Shown one piece after another: positions 9,500-20,180 of a stretch of 64,000 nucleotides of DNA (position 1 is the first letter of the stretch; the number at the start of each line of letters is the position of its first letter). The translations under genes were made by a program, and so were the position numbers. Source of the DNA: an uncultured archaeon (GTDB lineage: Archaea; Thermoproteota; Nitrososphaeria; Nitrososphaerales; Gagatemarchaeaceae); the NCBI GenBank assembly GCA_963799775.1, contig CAWCYD010000003.1, forward strand, positions 992,001 through 1,056,000. The letters run 5' to 3'. Under the pieces are notes generated by a model. That model worked only from the letters and a program-made list of their open reading frames with translations. It was not told the DNA's origin and ran no database searches.

Positions 9500-9574
9500 A
9501 TTTCAAAAATCTCCCAGGCCGGGGCTTTTTGTCCGATACTTAAGGCTTAGTCGCTGGAACCGACCCCCGGGCGA

Positions 9575-11331
9575 TCACGGATGGGCGAGGATGCATCTTC
9601 CCGGCGCGTCCACCCTCACGAACCCGTAGCGGGGGAACTGGAGTATCTCCCCGACGGGGAGCGTGGCGAACGCTGCCTCCGCGACCCCCTTGCGGACCAC
9701 GAGGCTGTGCGGGTTGAGGCTCTCGTCCTCGAGGTATAGCTCGTAGGGCTCCAGCACCTTCACGCTGACCTTCGACTCGTCGTCGACGACCCACTGGACC
9801 TTCCTAGACTCTTGGATCCTCTCGTCTCCTGCGAACTCCGCGGCCCCCTTGCCATCGGACAAGCGGACGTTGTAGAGGTCCATGAGGCGGAAGACCTCGC
9901 CTTCCTTGAGCGTCGAGAGGTCGTTGGAGGGGACGAAGAGGGTCGGGTCTGCCCCCACGGAGACCTCTCTCTTCCCCAGCTTCTCGTCCGTGGGGTGGAA
10001 CGGGATGGATACTTTGCGGGCCGGGGCCCTGTCGACCTTCAGCTTGACCGGGTCGGGGACGAAGAAGACCCTCTTCGAGATGGGGTCGAGTATCTTCCTG
10101 TTCACTGCGAAGAGGAGGCTCCAGTCGAAGACGTGCTCGGACTTTCCGTATCCCACCTGGAGCGTGAACTGGCGTATCGCCTCGGGGACAATGCCCCGGC
10201 GCCTCACCCCCTCGACCGTCGGCATCCTCGGGTCGTCCCACCCCTCCACGACCTTTGTCTCCACGAGAGGACGGAGGAGCCGCTTGGAGACGGGGTGCCC
10301 CTTGAAGTTGAAGCGGGAGAACTGCTCGACCACGATCCGGGGGAACCCGAGGATGCTCCTCGAGCCTCTCCTGGAGTGCGACGTGGAACTCGGAGCTCCG
10401 GAGGACGTGAGTGACCTTGCAGAGGTCGTCCTCGACGACGTTCTCAAAGTCGTAGATGGGCCAGACGACGTAGCGCGTCCCGGTCATGGGGTGCGGGTAG
10501 TCGATCACCCTTAGGAGGTTCGGGTCCCTTCAGGGAGTGGTCGAGGTTCGACATGTCCCCCTTCAGCCTGATGACCCACTCGCCTTCCTTGAACTTCCTC
10601 GAGAGCATCCCCTCCCAGACCTCGAGGCTCTCCTTGACGGAGCTGCCCCGGTGCTCGCAGGCCTTGCCCTCGAAGCGCAGCTTCTTCACTAGGTCGGCGG
10701 GGCAGGAGCACGAGTAGGCGTTCCCCTCCGTGATGAGCCGCCTGGCGTTCGAGTAGAGGAGCTCCATGTCCGAGGAGACGCTCTTCTCGTGGTCCCAGAC
10801 TATCCCCAGCCAGTTGTAGCCGTCCTTGAACGACTCGTAGTATGCCTTCTTCACCTTCTTGGGGTTGGTGTCTTCGAACCTGAGCCAGAGCTCCCCCTCG
10901 TACATGTCCCTGTAGGTCGCGTTGATGATCCCCGCCATCGCGTGCCCGATGGTCATGTATCCGGAGGGCTCGGGCGGGAGACGGAGGACGACCTTCCCCT
11001 TCTCCGCGTTTGGCAGCGGTGGAAGCTGGGTGCTCCTCGCCTCCTCATCCTTCTTCCGCTGGACCTTCCTCTCCTCGGTGGCCTCGACGGCCTCAGGGTA
11101 CTTCTCTTGGAGGAGCTGCTGCTGGGCGGCGAGAGTCATCGAGTTGATCTCCCTCACCCTCTCGATCACGGCCTTCGAGACGTCCTTTGCAGAGCTCCTC
11201 AGCTCCGGGAAGGCTCCCATCATCTTGCCGACGACCGCGCCGACCTCGGCCTTGCCAGCGTGGGACACCGAGTTCAGGAGCGCGTGCATTTCCACGGCCT
11301 TGAGCTGCTGCTCGTCGAGGGTCGTGACCAT
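9575..11331 (-). CDS. gltX: Glutamate--tRNA ligase (two apparent frameshifts)
   Basis: RLPPEPSGYMTIGH (HIGH variant), RFEDTNP, VWPIYDF, GWDDPRMPT, QFPRYGFVR, spread over three frames. Confidence 0.93.
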
Positions 11332-11407
11332 GTGGAAGACGCTTCTGCGGGTCTCCTCGGGTCTGGATATATAGTTCTGAAGTTGGGTTCCGGCTCGTCG
11401 GTCCCGC

Positions 11408-11806
11408 TTACCACATGTTGGGGGCGTTGGGCGCCCCTTCGGGTGCCGCCTGCGTCACGTCCCAGTACTCTGCTATCTTGCCGCCCTTGAGCTTGAAGAT
11501 GTGGACCTGCCTCATGCCCTTGGACTTGTCGGACGCGGAGACGAGGGTGGTGTAGACGACGACGCTGTTGCCCTCGGCTATCGCGTCGGCGATCTTGAAG
11601 ACGCCGTCGCTGGGCAAGGTGGTGTCCCCTCGCTGGGCCTCCGCCATCGACGAGAGGACCGCTTCCATCCCCGGCGGGAGGTAGGGGTTGTGGTGCCTGG
11701 CGCCGGGAGCGAAGAGGACTATCGCTTCCTTCGGCTTGCCCGACATGATGTACTTGAAGTACTGGCGCACGACCGCCTTGTTCTCCTTCTCGGGACTCGC
11801 GGTCAC
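11408..11806 (-). CDS. SnoaL/NTF2-like protein
   Basis: ENKAVVRQYF, HHNP, IAEGNSVVV, GKIAEYWDV. Confidence 0.8.
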   Translation of the reverse strand: MTASPEKENKAVVRQYFKYIMSGKPKEAIVLFAPGARHHNPYLPPGMEAVLSSMAEAQRGDTTLPSDGVFKIADAIAEGNSVVVYTTLVSASDKSKGMRQVHIFKLKGGKIAEYWDVTQAAPEGAPNAPNMW

Positions 11807-11913
11807 TCTTCGCTTTGCCAAACCATCTCGGGCCTGCGGGCCCCTAGAGTGGCCCTGGATAATAAGCGCCCACGCTGGACTTTTCTTGCTCCAGTGCGGA
11901 CGCTGGGATGATG

Positions 11914-12963
11914 TCACCAGTCGCGCTCGACGGCGAACCTGGCGACCGCGTCCAGGCAGTCCACGGCCTCGGCGGCCTCCCGCCCCTCCTTCCATTTCAC
12001 CTCGCTCAGCATCGCCCTTGCTTCGTTGACGAGGCGCGAGGACATGCGCCTCGCGTAGCCGATCGCGTCGTACTTCTGGATCAGGTCCATGACGACCGCG
12101 GCCTCCTTCTTCCTCTGGTCGCGCGGCAGCTTGAAGACCGCCTTGATCTTCTGCCTCTCCGCGTCGGTGCAGAGCGAGAGCAGGCGGATGAGGACGAGCG
12201 TCCTCTTCCCCTCAAGGAGGTCGTCGCCGATCTCCTTCCCGTACTTGGTCTGGTCGCCTGAGAGGTTGAGTATGTCGTCGTGTATCTGGAACCCGACCCC
12301 CAGCTTCTTCCCGGCCTCCACGATCAGCTTCATCGACCCATTGTCAGCCCCGCCTATCACGCCGCCGAGGCGCATGGGGCCTATGACCGTGTACCAAGAG
12401 GTCTTGCTCGTGCACATCGTGACGTAGTCTTCCTCGGTAAGGTCCCACCTGTCGCTCACCACCCAGCCCAGCTCGATGTGCTGGCCTTCGGTCGTCTTGC
12501 TCACCATGTTGTAGAACTCGTCCATCACCCTGAGCGTCTTCTCGTCGGTGAGCCTCCTCCTGTTCCTGAGGAGCGCGCCCCACATCAGGGCGTGCAGCCC
12601 GTCACCTGCGTTGAGCGCGAGGCGCCAGTCGTATTTCTTGTGCAGCGCCGGCGAGCCCCTCCTCATCTCCGAGGAGTCCTCGATGTCGTCGTGGATGAGG
12701 ATCCAGTGCTGGAAGATCTCGATGCAGGCCGCTGTTATCAGGACGTCCTCCTCCTTCCCGCCGAACGCCTTGCAGGCCTCCACGCACATCAGCGCCCGCA
12801 TCCCCTTCGCCGGCCTCGCGGGATAGTCCCTGAGCATCTTGTAGAGGAGGTTCACCTCTTTGATCGGGCTCGACTTTGGGAGGAAGTCGTCCATGATCAG
12901 CTTGTCGACGGACGACTTGATCCTCGTCATCTCAGAGAGCATCTTCTCAGTCTGCATGGTCAT
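11914..12963 (-). CDS. idsA: Polyprenyl (geranylgeranyl) diphosphate synthase
   Basis: LIHDDIEDSSEMRRG and FQIHDDIL aspartate-rich motifs. Confidence 0.9.
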   Translation of the reverse strand: MTMQTEKMLSEMTRIKSSVDKLIMDDFLPKSSPIKEVNLLYKMLRDYPARPAKGMRALMCVEACKAFGGKEEDVLITAACIEIFQHWILIHDDIEDSSEMRRGSPALHKKYDWRLALNAGDGLHALMWGALLRNRRRLTDEKTLRVMDEFYNMVSKTTEGQHIELGWVVSDRWDLTEEDYVTMCTSKTSWYTVIGPMRLGGVIGGADNGSMKLIVEAGKKLGVGFQIHDDILNLSGDQTKYGKEIGDDLLEGKRTLVLIRLLSLCTDAERQKIKAVFKLPRDQRKKEAAVVMDLIQKYDAIGYARRMSSRLVNEARAMLSEVKWKEGREAAEAVDCLDAVARFAVERDW

Positions 12964-13026
12964 TGTCGTGATTGCCTCCAGGTTCGTTGAGATGTGGCGC
13001 TCACAAGGTCACGCAAGGCGAGTCCT

Positions 13027-13794
13027 CTACCCGATGGAGACATCGTGAGGTACCTTTACCGAGGTTCCGCTGAACGCCACCCCGTTTAAGGCTTTAGAGA
13101 ATTCAGAGGGCGTCAGGCCCGAGACGAGGCGGACCTCGGTCCCTGACGCGGCCATCCTCATCGCCTCGGCGACCTTGAAGGAGACCCCACCTGTCGCGTC
13201 GGTGCCCTTCTTCCACCTGAGGTCGGCCTCTCCCTCCCTGAGCACCTTGATGACCTCGCCTTTCCGGTCCAGCACCCCCGGGACGTCCATGGCCATCACG
13301 CATCTCTCCGCACCCAGCAGCTGCGCCAGCTCGACGCACATCGTGTCGCTTGAGATTATCCTGAAGCCTCTACCGTCGTGGACGACGTCTCCAAACGTAA
13401 TCGGCGTCGCGCCTGCGTCCAGCAGATTCTCCAGGAACGCCCTGCCTCCCTCGCCCTCTCTGTCGAGAAGGGTGAACGGCGAGAAGGGATAGGGGTGCAT
13501 GCCCGCCGAGAGGAGAGAGGCGGAGACCTTCGCGTCGAGCTTGAGCATCGCGTCCCGGGTCTCGCTCACGCCCCTGGGCGATTTGGTCGACCTTCTCGAC
13601 GATAGCCCGTATTCCCGCGCCACCGTGTGGCCGAACGACCCTCCGCCGTGGACTATCACGATCGGCAGCCCCGAGGCCGCCATCGCCTTGCCGAGCGTCC
13701 GCACGACCACCTCCTTGTAGGAGAAAGCGACCTCCTTGTCCGTGATGACGGAGCCGCCTAGCTTGACGACGATTGGCCGCGTCACTCTGACCAC
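13027..13794 (-). CDS. ipk: Isopentenyl phosphate kinase
   Basis: VKLGGSVITDK, VHGGGSFGH, DATGG; follows mvk. Confidence 0.9.
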   Translation of the reverse strand: MVRVTRPIVVKLGGSVITDKEVAFSYKEVVVRTLGKAMAASGLPIVIVHGGGSFGHTVAREYGLSSRRSTKSPRGVSETRDAMLKLDAKVSASLLSAGMHPYPFSPFTLLDREGEGGRAFLENLLDAGATPITFGDVVHDGRGFRIISSDTMCVELAQLLGAERCVMAMDVPGVLDRKGEVIKVLREGEADLRWKKGTDATGGVSFKVAEAMRMAASGTEVRLVSGLTPSEFSKALNGVAFSGTSVKVPHDVSIG

Positions 13795-14711
13795 GACCTC
13801 GCCCCCGAGACAGGGATCTTCGTGAAGAACACCTCGTAGCCTCCCTTGGCGACCTTCTTGGCGGCAGCCTGAGCTTCTGACTCCTCAGCGGGCGGGACGG
13901 CGATGACGCTGCCCCCTCCTCCAGCGCCGGTCAGCTTGGCACCCAGGCATCCAGAGCTAAGGCAGAGCTCGACGAGCTGGTCCAAGGTCTTGTTGGACGC
14001 GCCTGCCCGCGTGAGAACGGCATGGCTGTAGGTCATCAGTGACCCGAGCGTCGCCCTGTCGCCCTTCTCGAGCGCCGTGGCGCACAGCTCGGAGACGAGC
14101 GTCGCGCTCTCGCAAAGGCTCGCGAACAAGGAGGGATAGGTCGTCTTCATCTCGCTCACCTTGGCTACGAGCCTGCCCGTGTTCCGCTTCTTGCCGGAGA
14201 AGGCGACCATGAGCGTCAGCGGCGAGGCAGGCTGTACGGCGCGCGGTCTCTCGCCCCTCCTGAACAAGACCACGCCGCCCAGCGCAGAGGTCATCGCGTC
14301 GATGCCCGATGGGTTGCCGTGCACGTGCTTCTCGCCAGCGGCCGCGGCCTCCGCGAGACCGGCGGCGTCGAGCCCCCATCCTTCGAGAGCGCTCACGGCC
14401 CCGGCGACGGCTACCATCGTGGCGGCCGAAGAGCCGAGGCCCGCACCCGCGGCGAGGCCGGAATCGATCGAGAGGGCGACGCGCGGCTTGGCCCCGTTCC
14501 TCTCGTAGAGAGACTCGACGACCTTCTTCGCCGGCGCGAGGGCCCCTTCCTCTCTGAGCTTCGAGCGCACCTCGAGCCGGTCGCTCTTCGTGGCCTCGAC
14601 CCTCACCTTTCTCTCGATGGCCGCGGCGATTGCGGTCGCCCCGTGGACGACGAAGTGCTCACCAGAGATTATGACCTTCCCGGGGGCCTCGCAGACCGCC
14701 TTCTGCGGCAT
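13782..14711 (-). CDS. mvk: Mevalonate kinase
   Basis: APGKVIISGEHFVVHG, GAGLGSSAA, HGNPSGID, KLTGAGGGG. Confidence 0.95.
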   Translation of the reverse strand: MPQKAVCEAPGKVIISGEHFVVHGATAIAAAIERKVRVEATKSDRLEVRSKLREEGALAPAKKVVESLYERNGAKPRVALSIDSGLAAGAGLGSSAATMVAVAGAVSALEGWGLDAAGLAEAAAAGEKHVHGNPSGIDAMTSALGGVVLFRRGERPRAVQPASPLTLMVAFSGKKRNTGRLVAKVSEMKTTYPSLFASLCESATLVSELCATALEKGDRATLGSLMTYSHAVLTRAGASNKTLDQLVELCLSSGCLGAKLTGAGGGGSVIAVPPAEESEAQAAAKKVAKGGYEVFFTKIPVSGARSWSE

Positions 14712-14757
14712 ATGCTCGCCCTCTCCCTTGTCTCGACGAAATAAGCGTGACTGGCTC

Positions 14758-15462
14758 TCAGTAGCGGTCGTGGCGCCTTGGCCTTTCCTCTTCCTCTTCT
14801 TCCATCTCGGACTCTGTTATCTTGGTCTCAAAGTCGTCGATCGTGTACTTTAGCGGCTGGTCGCCGGTGAGCAGCGAGGAGTGGGTGAGGACCGACCTTG
14901 TGAGGAGGTAGAATATCGTCGCCAGGGCACTCCTGCCCCTGTTGTTCCCCGGGATGACGAGGTCGACGTCGTCCGTGATGTTGTCCGTGTCGCAGATGGC
15001 GATCACAGGCGTGCCCATGTTGGCCGCCTCGACTATCGCCTGCGTGTCCGAAGCGGGGTCGGCCACGACTATCAGGTCGACGTCGAGGTGTCCGGGGAAG
15101 AGGGGGTTTGTCAGCGTCCCGGGCATGAAACGCCCTGTGACCGCGATGGCTTTTGTCAGCTCGCAGAACTTTTCGACCGGGACCTTGCCGTAGTCTCGGC
15201 TGGTGTAGACGACCACGTTCTGCGGGCCCACGAAAGAGATGAACTTGCCCGCCACGTCGATCCTGTGGAGCGTCTTTGAGTAGTCGAGGAGGTGGAGACC
15301 GTCAGGCCTGGGCCTGGTGGTGAACTGCTCCATGCTCTTCGTCCTCACCTGGGTGCCTATCCTGATCCCTGTCGCCAGCAGCGCCTTCTCGGACAGCTGG
15401 GGGAAGATGAGCTTCTCTTCCGAGCCGCTGTCGTCTCCGTCTTCAGACATGAGGTTCGCCAT
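14758..15462 (-). CDS. rps2: 30S ribosomal protein uS2
   Basis: GIRIGTQ, GRFMPGTLTN, IPGNNRGR. Confidence 0.95.
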   Translation of the reverse strand: MANLMSEDGDDSGSEEKLIFPQLSEKALLATGIRIGTQVRTKSMEQFTTRPRPDGLHLLDYSKTLHRIDVAGKFISFVGPQNVVVYTSRDYGKVPVEKFCELTKAIAVTGRFMPGTLTNPLFPGHLDVDLIVVADPASDTQAIVEAANMGTPVIAICDTDNITDDVDLVIPGNNRGRSALATIFYLLTRSVLTHSSLLTGDQPLKYTIDDFETKITESEMEEEEEERPRRHDRY

Positions 15463-15517
15463 TAGCTGCCAACGAGCTTTTCGCCATCTTTTCGAACCTC
15501 ATTTAAGCGTTGGGGGT

Positions 15518-16768
15518 CTACGGGCGGACCACGGCCATCTTTTGGCTCGTGCCAAGCTCCTCCCCTATCCTGATCAGCTCGTTGAGCTTCGAGGTCCTCT
15601 CGCCCCCCATCACGCCCGACTTCATCAAGCCGCAGCCGAAACCGACCGCAAAGTGAGCGAGGTGCCCGCCCTCGTTGTCGCCCGAGCGATGGGAGGCCGC
15701 GACCACGTGGCCAGTCTTCCTCGCGAGGTCGGAGAACTGCTGGGCCTCCCAGAGAGTCCCTATCTGGTTGACCTTCATGATCACCCCGTTCGTGCTCTTC
15801 TTCGCCGCGCCCGTCCTGAGGCGCTCGATGTCGGTGGTGTAGAGGTCGTCGCCCGTGATCAGAGTCCCCTCGAGCCCTGCGTGGAGCTCGGCATACCCCT
15901 CGAAGTCGTCCTCGTAGAGAGGGCCCTCGACGTAGAGGAGGTCGTATCTGTCGCAGAGCTCGGAGATGAAGACGATCTGCTCCTCCCTGGTGAGCGTCTT
16001 CTTCGTGGTCCTGTAGTAGTAGCCGCCCTTCTTCTCGTCGTGGAGGCTGTCTGCGGCGACGTCCACCCCGACCCTCACCTTCCTTCCCGTCTCGTCCTCG
16101 ACCTCGGCGGCCACCCGGGAGACGACGCCCATCGCCTCCACGTCGGTGATCCCCGGGCTCCAGCCCCCTTCGTCGCCCTTGCCCACGGGATAGTTCAGCA
16201 TCTTCGAGAGGGTCTTCCCGACCCCCCTGTGGACCTTGATGTTGAGCTCTATCGCCTCGCGGACGCTCCTGGCCCCCAGAGGGACCACCAGTATCTCCTG
16301 GAACGCCGGCGAGAGGTCGCTGGCGTGCTTCCCGCCCCCGATGACGTTCCCCAGCGGGAAAGGCAGGGCGCCTGAGGCGCTGTCTATGACCCGGCACATC
16401 GGGACCCCGCGCGCCCTCGCCTCGGCCTGCGAAGCCGCGACGCTGACCGCGTATGCGAGAGAGCCGCCTATCTTGGAGAAGTTCTTCGTCCCGTCCATCC
16501 TGCGGAGCGCCTTTGCGATGCCCTCCGAGTCTGCAGCATCGAGGCCGATTATCTTGCTGGCGTTCCTCTTGAACCCGGAGACGGTCTTGTCAGGGTCGTC
16601 GTCCACGAAGGGGACGGCCTCGTTGGTGCCACGGCTGGCGCCCGAAGGGGAGAGTGCGCGCCCCATCTTCCCGTCTACGATCACGTCCGCTTCGATTCCA
16701 GGGTCTCCGCGCCCGTTGAAGCAGACCCTCACTTTGAGGTCTTGGATGAGCATCCGGTGCCTGCTCAC
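15518..16768 (-). CDS. eno: Enolase
   Basis: PSGASRG, GDEGG, GDDLYTT, KVNQIGTL, SHRSG. Confidence 0.93.
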   Translation of the reverse strand: MSRHRMLIQDLKVRVCFNGRGDPGIEADVIVDGKMGRALSPSGASRGTNEAVPFVDDDPDKTVSGFKRNASKIIGLDAADSEGIAKALRRMDGTKNFSKIGGSLAYAVSVAASQAEARARGVPMCRVIDSASGALPFPLGNVIGGGKHASDLSPAFQEILVVPLGARSVREAIELNIKVHRGVGKTLSKMLNYPVGKGDEGGWSPGITDVEAMGVVSRVAAEVEDETGRKVRVGVDVAADSLHDEKKGGYYYRTTKKTLTREEQIVFISELCDRYDLLYVEGPLYEDDFEGYAELHAGLEGTLITGDDLYTTDIERLRTGAAKKSTNGVIMKVNQIGTLWEAQQFSDLARKTGHVVAASHRSGDNEGGHLAHFAVGFGCGLMKSGVMGGERTSKLNELIRIGEELGTSQKMAVVRP

Positions 16769-16801
16769 TCTCGAAGGGTGCGCTCGCTACGGCTCGCCCT
16801 G

Positions 16802-17014
16802 CTATGGGGCTGGGTTCTTTTGGGCGTAGTATGGGAGCACTTGGTCAATCAGGTCGACGGAGGAGATGAGCATCCTCCGGCAGCAATAGCGCTTGATCTT
16901 CAGGTCGTCGAGGGCCTTGCCGGGGTCTTCGCCGGACTTGACCTTGGACTCAAAGTCTGCGAACTTGTCGCCGATGAGCTTGCCGCAAGTGAAGCAGCGG
17001 ATTGGTATCATCAT
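16802..17014 (-). CDS. rpoN: RNA polymerase subunit N (Rpo10)
   Basis: [17 protein letters not shown]. Confidence 0.96.
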   Translation of the reverse strand: MMIPIRCFTCGKLIGDKFADFESKVKSGEDPGKALDDLKIKRYCCRRMLISSVDLIDQVLPYYAQKNPAP

Positions 17015-17026
17015 TTTGTTATCGAA

Positions 17027-17449
17027 TCACCTGTATGACTTTTGGCGTCTTCGTCTTGCTCCTGGTCCGCCGAACTTCTTGGGCTCGGTCTGTCTTGGAT
17101 CGCCGGCTAGGAGGTATTTATTGTAGGCGGCCATCCTTTCTCTCAGGCTGGCGCCCTTCACCTGGTCGATGTAGGCCCGCGCGATCGCCATCGCCGCGGC
17201 GTCCGCTTGGCTCATGAACCCGCCTCCGGCGACGCTGACTTCGACGTCGAACTTGTCCCTGAGCTCGCCGACGATGGTCACGGGGGCCAACATGTGGAGC
17301 CGGGCGACCTCGGGCTGATAGAGCTCGAGCGGCACCCCGTTGACCCTGATCCTCCCCTTGCCGAGGATGAGGGCCGCGGTCGCCCTGGAGGTCTTCCTGG
17401 CGCCCGGGTAGAGCTTTGGCCTTGTTGCCGGCTTTGTCTGTGTCACCAT
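17027..17449 (-). CDS. rps9: 30S ribosomal protein uS9
   Basis: EPKKFGGPGARRRRQKSYR. Confidence 0.96.
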   Translation of the reverse strand: MVTQTKPATRPKLYPGARKTSRATAALILGKGRIRVNGVPLELYQPEVARLHMLAPVTIVGELRDKFDVEVSVAGGGFMSQADAAAMAIARAYIDQVKGASLRERMAAYNKYLLAGDPRQTEPKKFGGPGARRRRQKSYR

Positions 17450-17456
17450 GCGGGGA

Positions 17457-17990
17457 TCAACCGTTCCATCCTATGTTGTGCGAGAGCTCGGCGATCGTGA
17501 CGTACATTGGGAGGGGCCTGGTCGCCATCGCCTGGTCGACCTTTGACATCGAGACCCCCGAGTATTTTTGGGGCACGCCCATGTAGACGCGGAGGCGCTT
17601 CAGGCCCTCCGTGCCCTTGGCCTTCTCTTTCGGGACCATGCCTCGGACCATCCTCCAGAGGATGTTGTCCGGCCGCCTTGGGTGGAAGGGGCCGTACATG
17701 GGGTTGACCTTGCTCCCTAGCTCGAGCTTCTGCTTCCACTGGTCCATCACAGAGTCGCGGTTCCCTGAGAGGACTGCCTTCTCCGCGTTTAGCACGACTA
17801 TCCGCTTCCCTCTGATTATCTCCGAGGCCACGACCGAGCAGAGCCTTCCGGCGACGTGCCCGGTGGCGTCGATGTAGAGCGTGCCATCACCGGCCCGCTC
17901 CGGCTTTTGCTCCTTCGTTGGAGCCTCCGGCTTTGCCTTGGGTGCGGGGGCGGCCTTGGGCTCCTTCGTCGCCTTTGCCTTAGCTGACAA
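17457..17990 (-). CDS. rpl13: 50S ribosomal protein uL13
   Basis: IDATGHVAGRL, GPFHPRRP, MVRGMVP. Confidence 0.95.
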   Translation of the reverse strand: MSAKAKATKEPKAAPAPKAKPEAPTKEQKPERAGDGTLYIDATGHVAGRLCSVVASEIIRGKRIVVLNAEKAVLSGNRDSVMDQWKQKLELGSKVNPMYGPFHPRRPDNILWRMVRGMVPKEKAKGTEGLKRLRVYMGVPQKYSGVSMSKVDQAMATRPLPMYVTIAELSHNIGWNG

Positions 17991-18346
17991 GTGCCACGCC
18001 GCTCCCTTCGGGGTATTTCTTTACGAACTCTTCGATCGTGAAGGCCCTGCCGCCCGCCGCCTCTATCTTCATCCTGGCTGACGCGGAGAACGAGAAGGCG
18101 CCGACGTTGATCTTCTTGTCGACGTTCCCAGCGCCGATGAACTTTTCCGGGGACGAGCACGGCGGCGGCTTCTCCGACGCGTGACAGGTGCCCTACGTTG
18201 ACCTCGGGCCAGGTCACAGCCCCAGAGGCCAGGTGTCTCGCTGCTTCCTTCCATATCCCAGCCTTCCCGTTGCGCCCCTTGCGCTCAAGGAGGACTATCG
18301 CGCTCCTGAGCATCTTGTCGGACTTTCTGATCTTCAAGGCTGTCAT
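17980..18346 (-). CDS. rpl18e: 50S ribosomal protein L18e (apparent frameshift near 18140)
   Basis: IWKEAARHL, EVNVGHL, VPGKV then AFSFSASARMKIEAAGG in the next frame. Confidence 0.9.
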
Positions 18347-18990
18347 TCTGCGGCCTTCTCCTCCACTTCCTTCTGCAGCTCCCTCAGCTTCTCCTCCACC
18401 TTCTCGATAGACCTCGTGACGATCTCCTTCGCTGGCAGGGTGCCGCTGGACTCGACCTTGAGCACGTAGACCCCTTCGCCCTTGCCCTCAAGGAGGACCG
18501 AGGCTGTGGCGGGCTGCCACTTTGCGTGCTCCTTGCCCCTGCCCAGGCGGGCGTACGCCTCTAGCTTTACTGACTGGCCTACGGCGAGCTTGACTATCGG
18601 GATGTTGGGGCTGATGGGGCTGATGTCCCTGTCCTCAGAGACCAGGGCCCCCGAGACGACGGTCCTCAGCTTGTCCTTGGCTGTCGCGTCCAGGACCAAG
18701 ATGACCCTGCACTTTTGGCACCCCAGCGGGGTTCCGCAGTCGCATTTTTCTGGGAGGACATACCTCTCGAGGTCTGTCTTCAGCGGGATCATGCCCAGCC
18801 TGTGGGCGAGTATCTCGTCGTAGAGGACGGACGAGTTCTCGAGTATCACGATGTCGTCGATCGCCATCGACGGGACCTCGGAGATGCAGAAGCGCCTCAC
18901 AGCATTCGCGTAGCTACGGTCGACACCCTCGAGCTGGAGGGAGATCGTCTCGTCGCTCTCTTGCAATACCTTTACCTTGGGCGCTGGCAA
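18343..18990 (-). CDS. rpoD: RNA polymerase subunit D (Rpo3)
   Basis: ANAVRR, NSSVLYDEILAHRLGMIPL, GKEHAKWQP. Confidence 0.95.
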   Translation of the reverse strand: MPAPKVKVLQESDETISLQLEGVDRSYANAVRRFCISEVPSMAIDDIVILENSSVLYDEILAHRLGMIPLKTDLERYVLPEKCDCGTPLGCQKCRVILVLDATAKDKLRTVVSGALVSEDRDISPISPNIPIVKLAVGQSVKLEAYARLGRGKEHAKWQPATASVLLEGKGEGVYVLKVESSGTLPAKEIVTRSIEKVEEKLRELQKEVEEKAAE

Positions 18991-19172
18991 TTCCTTGATA
19001 TCACTTGCTACCTTGAACGGGAAAGCCGAAGAATTTTCTGGGGTTTAAAAGCCTTTGAGGACCAAAGCGCTCTTGACAGGGCAGAATCGCGCTATTGGGA
19101 ACATGGCGGCGCCTACCGACCCTATACATCCTATATTCAACCGCTAAATATCAGGCAGCCCACGCAAACGCC

Positions 19173-19598
19173 ATGGTTGTCAAGACGATAACACACTTCG
19201 AGATCCCCGCGAAGGACGTGGAAACTCTGAGCAAGTTCTACGCCGACGTCTTCGGCTGGAAGTTCAAGAAGATGCCGATGGGCGAGATGGACTACTGGAT
19301 GATCACCACCGGCCCGAGGAACAGGAGCGTCGGGGGAGGGATGTACAAGAAGCAGATGGACATGGAGGCGCCGAGGAACTACATCGCTGTCGACAGGATC
19401 GACGAGGCCATCACAACGTTCACGAGCGCGGGCGGGAAGCAGGCCGTGGGGAAGATGGAGGTTCCAGGTTTTGGCTGGTCATACATCGGCGTCGACCCCG
19501 AAGGCAATATGGTCGGCTTGTTCGAGCCGGTCACTCGAAGACAAGCGCACAAGGCCAAGCGGGCGACCAAGAGAGCCGCCCGACGCGCGAAGCGCTGA
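19173..19598 (+). CDS. VOC/glyoxalase family protein
   Basis: HFEIPAKD, FYADVFGW, DPEGNMVGL. Confidence 0.85.
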   Translation: MVVKTITHFEIPAKDVETLSKFYADVFGWKFKKMPMGEMDYWMITTGPRNRSVGGGMYKKQMDMEAPRNYIAVDRIDEAITTFTSAGGKQAVGKMEVPGFGWSYIGVDPEGNMVGLFEPVTRRQAHKAKRATKRAARRAKR

Positions 19599-19624
19599 GA
19601 AAGAAAAGAGCCTCTTCTGCGGGG

Positions 19625-20167
19625 CTAGGCTCTGCGGCCCCGCCTTCCACCCTTCTTCCTTGTGGTGTCGTGAGGGATAGGGGTCGCGTCCTCGATGCGC
19701 CCTATCCTGAAGCCCGACCTTGCGATCGCCCTAATCGCAGCTTGAGCACCATGACCCGGCGTCCTCGGGCCTGTGCCGCCGACGGCTCTCACCTTGATGT
19801 GGACGGCCGTGATCCCCTTGCCCTTGGCCACGTCGGAGGCAGCTGAGGCGGAGCGCATCGCCGCGTACGGAGACGCCTCGAACCTGTCAGCCTTGACGTG
19901 CCTCCCGCCGGATGAGAACGATATCGTCTCCGCCCCAGTGAGGTCGGTGATATGCACGATCGTGTTGTTGTAGCTGCTGTAGATGTGGACGACGGCCCAT
20001 TTCTCCTTCAGGGACTCGTCTTCGTCGAGAGACGGGGTGATCTGTCCTGTCGTCCCGCTCGAAGAGATCTCTTCCTCCTCTTCGACCTCCTCCGCTCCCT
20101 CGGCAGAGGCCTCTTCGGTCTTTGGCTCCTTCTCGTCTACCTCGAGCTCTTCTTCTGGGACTCCCAT
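19625..20167 (-). CDS. rps11: 30S ribosomal protein uS11 with acidic N-terminal extension
   Basis: [33 protein letters not shown]. Confidence 0.95.
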   Translation of the reverse strand: MGVPEEELEVDEKEPKTEEASAEGAEEVEEEEEISSSGTTGQITPSLDEDESLKEKWAVVHIYSSYNNTIVHITDLTGAETISFSSGGRHVKADRFEASPYAAMRSASAASDVAKGKGITAVHIKVRAVGGTGPRTPGHGAQAAIRAIARSGFRIGRIEDATPIPHDTTRKKGGRRGRRA

Positions 20168-20180
20168 CTAGATCACCAAA

